The notes beneath the pieces are model-generated. The model did not search any database and was not told the DNA's origin. It saw only the letters and a program-made list of their open reading frames with translations. A stretch of DNA of 63,915 nucleotides, counting the filler, from Folioceros fuciformis (lineage: Eukaryota): the NCBI GenBank assembly GCA_049999805.1. It is 12 parts of 12 records of this genome, joined end to end, with 100 filler letters (N's around TTAATTAATTAA, not from the genome) between each part and the next. Parts side by side here need not be neighbours in the genome. Positions count along the whole stretch, not along the records: positions 54,446 to 62,554 come from JBNGIO010002244.1; positions 62,655 to 63,915 come from JBNGIO010002264.1; 10 more parts are not named here. One strand, 5' to 3'. The position numbers were made by a program, and so were the translations under genes. Below, in pieces: positions 60,312 through 63,915 of the stretch. How positions within the stretch are numbered: the stretch's first letter is position 1; each line of letters begins with the position of its first letter.

Positions 60312-61595
60312 TTGGGAAGGCCTTATGCTAGGCAATTGCTACTAGCTGAGGTGAGGAGATATCTGGAGTTTGGAATCATGCTAGCTGGATTGAGCCAGGA
60401 GGGTAGGGCAGTGTTTTTGCACAAGACAGGCCCATATTGTTTGAAGCAAGGGGTCTTGTACAAACTAGGCCCGGATGATAAGGTGAGGCGTTGTTTAGAG
60501 GTGAATGAAGGTGCTTTGGTGACCGAAGCTTTGCATGCGGAAGAGGCAGGAGGCCACTATTCAATCCCCATTACCATCAAGAAGATCTTGGATACTGGGT
60601 TTTGGTGGGCTACCATGCAGAGGGATGTGTGGGAGTTTGTGAGGAGGAGTGAGGCTTGTCAAAGGGTAGGGAGACCCACATTGACAGCCAGGTGGCCGTT
60701 GACCTACATCCTGCCATTGGCTCTGTTCGAGAAGTGGGGGATCGACTTTGTAGGGCCAATTTGTCCACTTACTCGCTAGACAAGGAAGCAATACATCTTA
60801 GTGGCGACAGACTACTACATTAAGATGGTGGAGGTAGAGGCTACCCGACGGGACGATGACCCAACAGTGGCCAAAATTCTGTTTGAGAACATCATCACAC
60901 GCTATGGGTGTCCATTGGAGTTGGTCAGCGATAGGGGGACACATTTTCTCAATGAAGTCATCACCGCCTTGACCACCTACTTCAACATTCATCATAGGAA
61001 GACCACTCCTTACAATCCGAAGGCGAATGGGTTGACGGAGAAGACCAATGGTCTTTTGGGGACCATCTTGACCAAGGTGACTATGACTCACATGTATGAT
61101 TGGGACAACAAGTTGCATTCAGCACTTTGGGCTTACAGAACAACAGAAAAGATCACCACGAAGAGGACTCCTTACTACTTGACCTATGGTATGTCGCCTA
61201 TTCTTCCCATTGAGTTTGAGACTCCCACTCACCGTGTCATGGATGAGGCTAGGCTGCCAGTGAGGGAGAGCCAAGAAGCTAGGTTGGAAGCTTTTATCAC
61301 CTACGAGGAGGATCGAGAAGAAGCCTTGGAGGAGACGCACAGGATACAAGAGCAAAGGAAAACCCACCATGATGGTAGGTTGAGGAAGAAGGAGACCATC
61401 CTACAGGGGGATCTGGTGCTATTGTATGACAGTAGGTACATGGATTTCCTAGGTAAGCTGAGGTTGAGGTGGATGGGTCCTTATAAGGTGGAGGAAGTGT
61501 TTGAGAATGGGTCTGTCCACTTGAGGGTATTGGATGGTGATTTGTTGCCAACTAGGGTCAATGGTTGGCAAGTCAAGAAGTACTATCAACCATGA
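60312..61595 (+). pseudogene. Ty3/gypsy integrase (non-chromovirus type), one in-frame stop
   Basis: ALHAEEAGGHY zinc finger, FEKWGIDFVGP, LVSDRGTHF, PKANGLTEKTN, WMGPYKV; no chromodomain after GPY. Confidence 0.93.
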
Positions 61596-62554
61596 GAGGG
61601 TTATTTGTTTGCGAGAACGCAGACAGCTGAGAAGGGAGGGCATGTGAACCTCCAAAGTTTGGGGTAGTGGTTTGTTTTGGTTGAAAAAGGGTTAATAGTG
61701 GTATGGTTTGGTTTTCTTTTTCTACTTATTTTCCCTAATTTTCTTTTATTTTCTGGTCTTTTTTTTGCGCTAATTAGGTTAATTGACAAGGAAATAGTTG
61801 ATTTGGTTATTAGAGTGGGTATAGGTTTGGTCCCAGACCTGAGAAATTTTGGGTTTGGTACCGGACCATAGGGTTGGGAAAGTTTGAATCTAGGTTTAGT
61901 GATTGGTTTATTATTAATTAAAGATATATAGTATTAAATGATTAAATAATAATAATAGAATAATATTATTTAATAAAATAATGATTTGAACATAGGAACG
62001 GGAATATGGAGTATGTCAGGGTTAGGTCCGATGTCAGGCTGGCTGATTGTCTGGCTGGCCTAAACAGCCATGGAGGTCGTGCCCTAGCTAAGGCTAGGGC
62101 TGGGGCTGCGGCCGCTCCCATTCCTCCCCCCCTTTCTCCGTTCCTCCTTCATTTTCCTCTTGCCCCCTCTTCTTCTTCTTCCTCTTCCCTCTCTATCTCT
62201 TTGTCCCGCTTCTTTGGATTCACATTGTAGGTAGGAGGAGGGATCGCCGGTGATGGGACTAAATGTGTGCACAAGAGGAGGTTGAGGCGAGCTAGAGGAT
62301 TTGGCCGAGGTAGGGCCAGGCGTGCCTTCTTCTTCTTCCCGCTGATTTCTTGTCCTGTTCCCCTCCTGCCCTGCTCCGATTTCCTCCTCAATCCGCAGTC
62401 CCGCTACTAGATCTGCCATCCCCGTTGCTGCCCCGCTTCCCTATCCCCGCTGCTGATTTCTTCCTCCACCTCCTGCCTGCCAACTCCACGGCCCAGGAGA
62501 TCCCGTTGCTGCAGCCTGTGGCTAAGCGATCCAGTCGCCGCGGCGCTGATGTCC

Positions 62555-62654
62555 NNNNNNNNNNNNNNNNNNNNNNNNNNNNNNNNNNNNNNNNNNNNTT
62601 AATTAATTAANNNNNNNNNNNNNNNNNNNNNNNNNNNNNNNNNNNNNNNNNNNN
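62555..62654. other. Artificial contig linker
   Basis: 44N-TTAATTAATTAA-44N. Confidence 0.99.
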
Positions 62655-63085
62655 GGAGGCAACAAAGTACTCAATACCTTCCCCTTCTCCATATTGAAAC
62701 GGTGAAGCACCTTGTTAATGTATTCAGTCTGAGACAAGTAAAGCAAACGCTTCTGTATGTCTCGACAAATACGAATGCCAAGAATATGGCTTGCCTCTCC
62801 CAAGTCTATCATGTCAAAGCGAACATTCAACTTTGACTTCAATGCTGAAATCTCATCACTGTTAGTCCCAACAATTAGCATATCATCCACATAAAGGACT
62901 AGAATGAGCAAGCTTCCATCCTTAGCTTGCTTCGTATAGAGGCAATGATCCTCATCGCTACGCTTGTAGCCTTGAGAAAGCATAAATGAGTGGAACTTGA
63001 AATGCCACTCCCTGGGTGCCTGCTTTAAACCATAAAGGCTCTTCTTTAACTTGCACACTAGATTCTCTTTGCCCTTCTCAATGAA
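62655..63085 (-). pseudogene. Copia RT fragment, same family as 56170-56600
   Basis: KSLYGLKQAPREW, LYVDDMLI. Confidence 0.93.
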
Positions 63086-63290
63086 TGAAAACATTTGTGG
63101 ATCACGAGATGCGCCAAGCTAACACACAAAAAGCATACATTGATAATGATGGAAAGACACAAATAAGAGTAACCCGTAAAACGGTTACAACGGTTCAGAG
63201 CTGTTCTTAAATAACTAAACTAAATAACCTACTTGGTATAACGTAATGTACTGTATATGTTAAACCATAAAACTCTAACACTCCCACTCA
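63086..63290 (-). repeat. PPT plus 195-bp 3' LTR inserted in the copia RT
   Basis: Minus strand GAGTGGGAG|TGTTAG at 63280 ... TTTTCA at 63086, exactly where RT homology stops. Confidence 0.75.
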
Positions 63291-63915
63291 TGAGTTATAC
63301 GACGATAACACTAAACGAAATTAGGATGAACGAATATTAATTATGTAGGCCCCAACATCTATACGCGTGAATGCCCTCAGTCTCCAGCTCATGTACTGGA
63401 TTCGCTCACACCGCTTATGTCAGCTCGTCTTCCTTGTGAACTCAGGACACTCTTGCCTAAGGCCGCTGCAGCCACGCTCGCCGTTTGTTGCTGAAGCCAC
63501 GGCACAACTGGAGCTCCCATCGCCTTATCTGCTTATGAAGAGACGGAATACCAGGGTGCTGAGGGGAAGTTGCGAGACGGTGCTGAATCTGTTCAGAGCG
63601 CTCCTGCTCCTGTCCATGCAGCCTTGCGCCTTGTGTGTGACTGCCAGTCGCTTGTGCCACCTAGCAACCCTGGACACCCTGATACTGTCCAGGCATGGCC
63701 TGCTGCAGAGGCAAATGACTTCTACAACATAACTATGTACTAGAAGAAGCGGGTGAAGGAAACGGGGAGCAGAGGGGACAGACTGGCACGTGAAGTGGAG
63801 CACCTGAAGAAGAGGACAGCTTTGGCAAAGAATAGCTCCTGCACTTATCCTGATGAGATGGAAGACAACATAAAACTGATGAAGATGGGTGAAGAAGGGG
63901 GAGGCGAGGTGATTG

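Noticed and set aside
63367-63915. Possible env-like ORF upstream of the PPT
   Set aside because: Short overlapping ORFs with no motif, truncated by the window end

Overview
Eukaryotic, plant-type DNA made of 12 unrelated contigs joined by eleven artificial 100-bp linkers (44 N + TTAATTAATTAA + 44 N), so adjacency across linkers is meaningless. Most of the window is nested, degenerate retrotransposon sequence: Ty1/copia and Ty3/gypsy fragments, several LTR families, a solo LTR with its target-site duplication, an L1-type LINE and an intron-containing MULE transposase. There is one intact host gene, an 8-exon, 548-aa CFAP45/CCDC19 axonemal gene, implying a plant lineage with flagellated sperm. 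There is also a receptor-like kinase pseudogene fragment. The most unusual observations are: (1) a copia family whose LTRs end AG...CT rather than TG...CA in every copy seen; (2) a protein-level-conserved extra ORF between the PBS and gag in two diverged copia elements; (3) a gypsy-type accessory ORF in three copies, antisense to PPT/3'LTR and with its own TATA-like promoter; (4) a pair of back-to-back palindromes flanking a telo-box. All calls are by eye. No database searches were run, and boundaries of degenerate elements are approximate.
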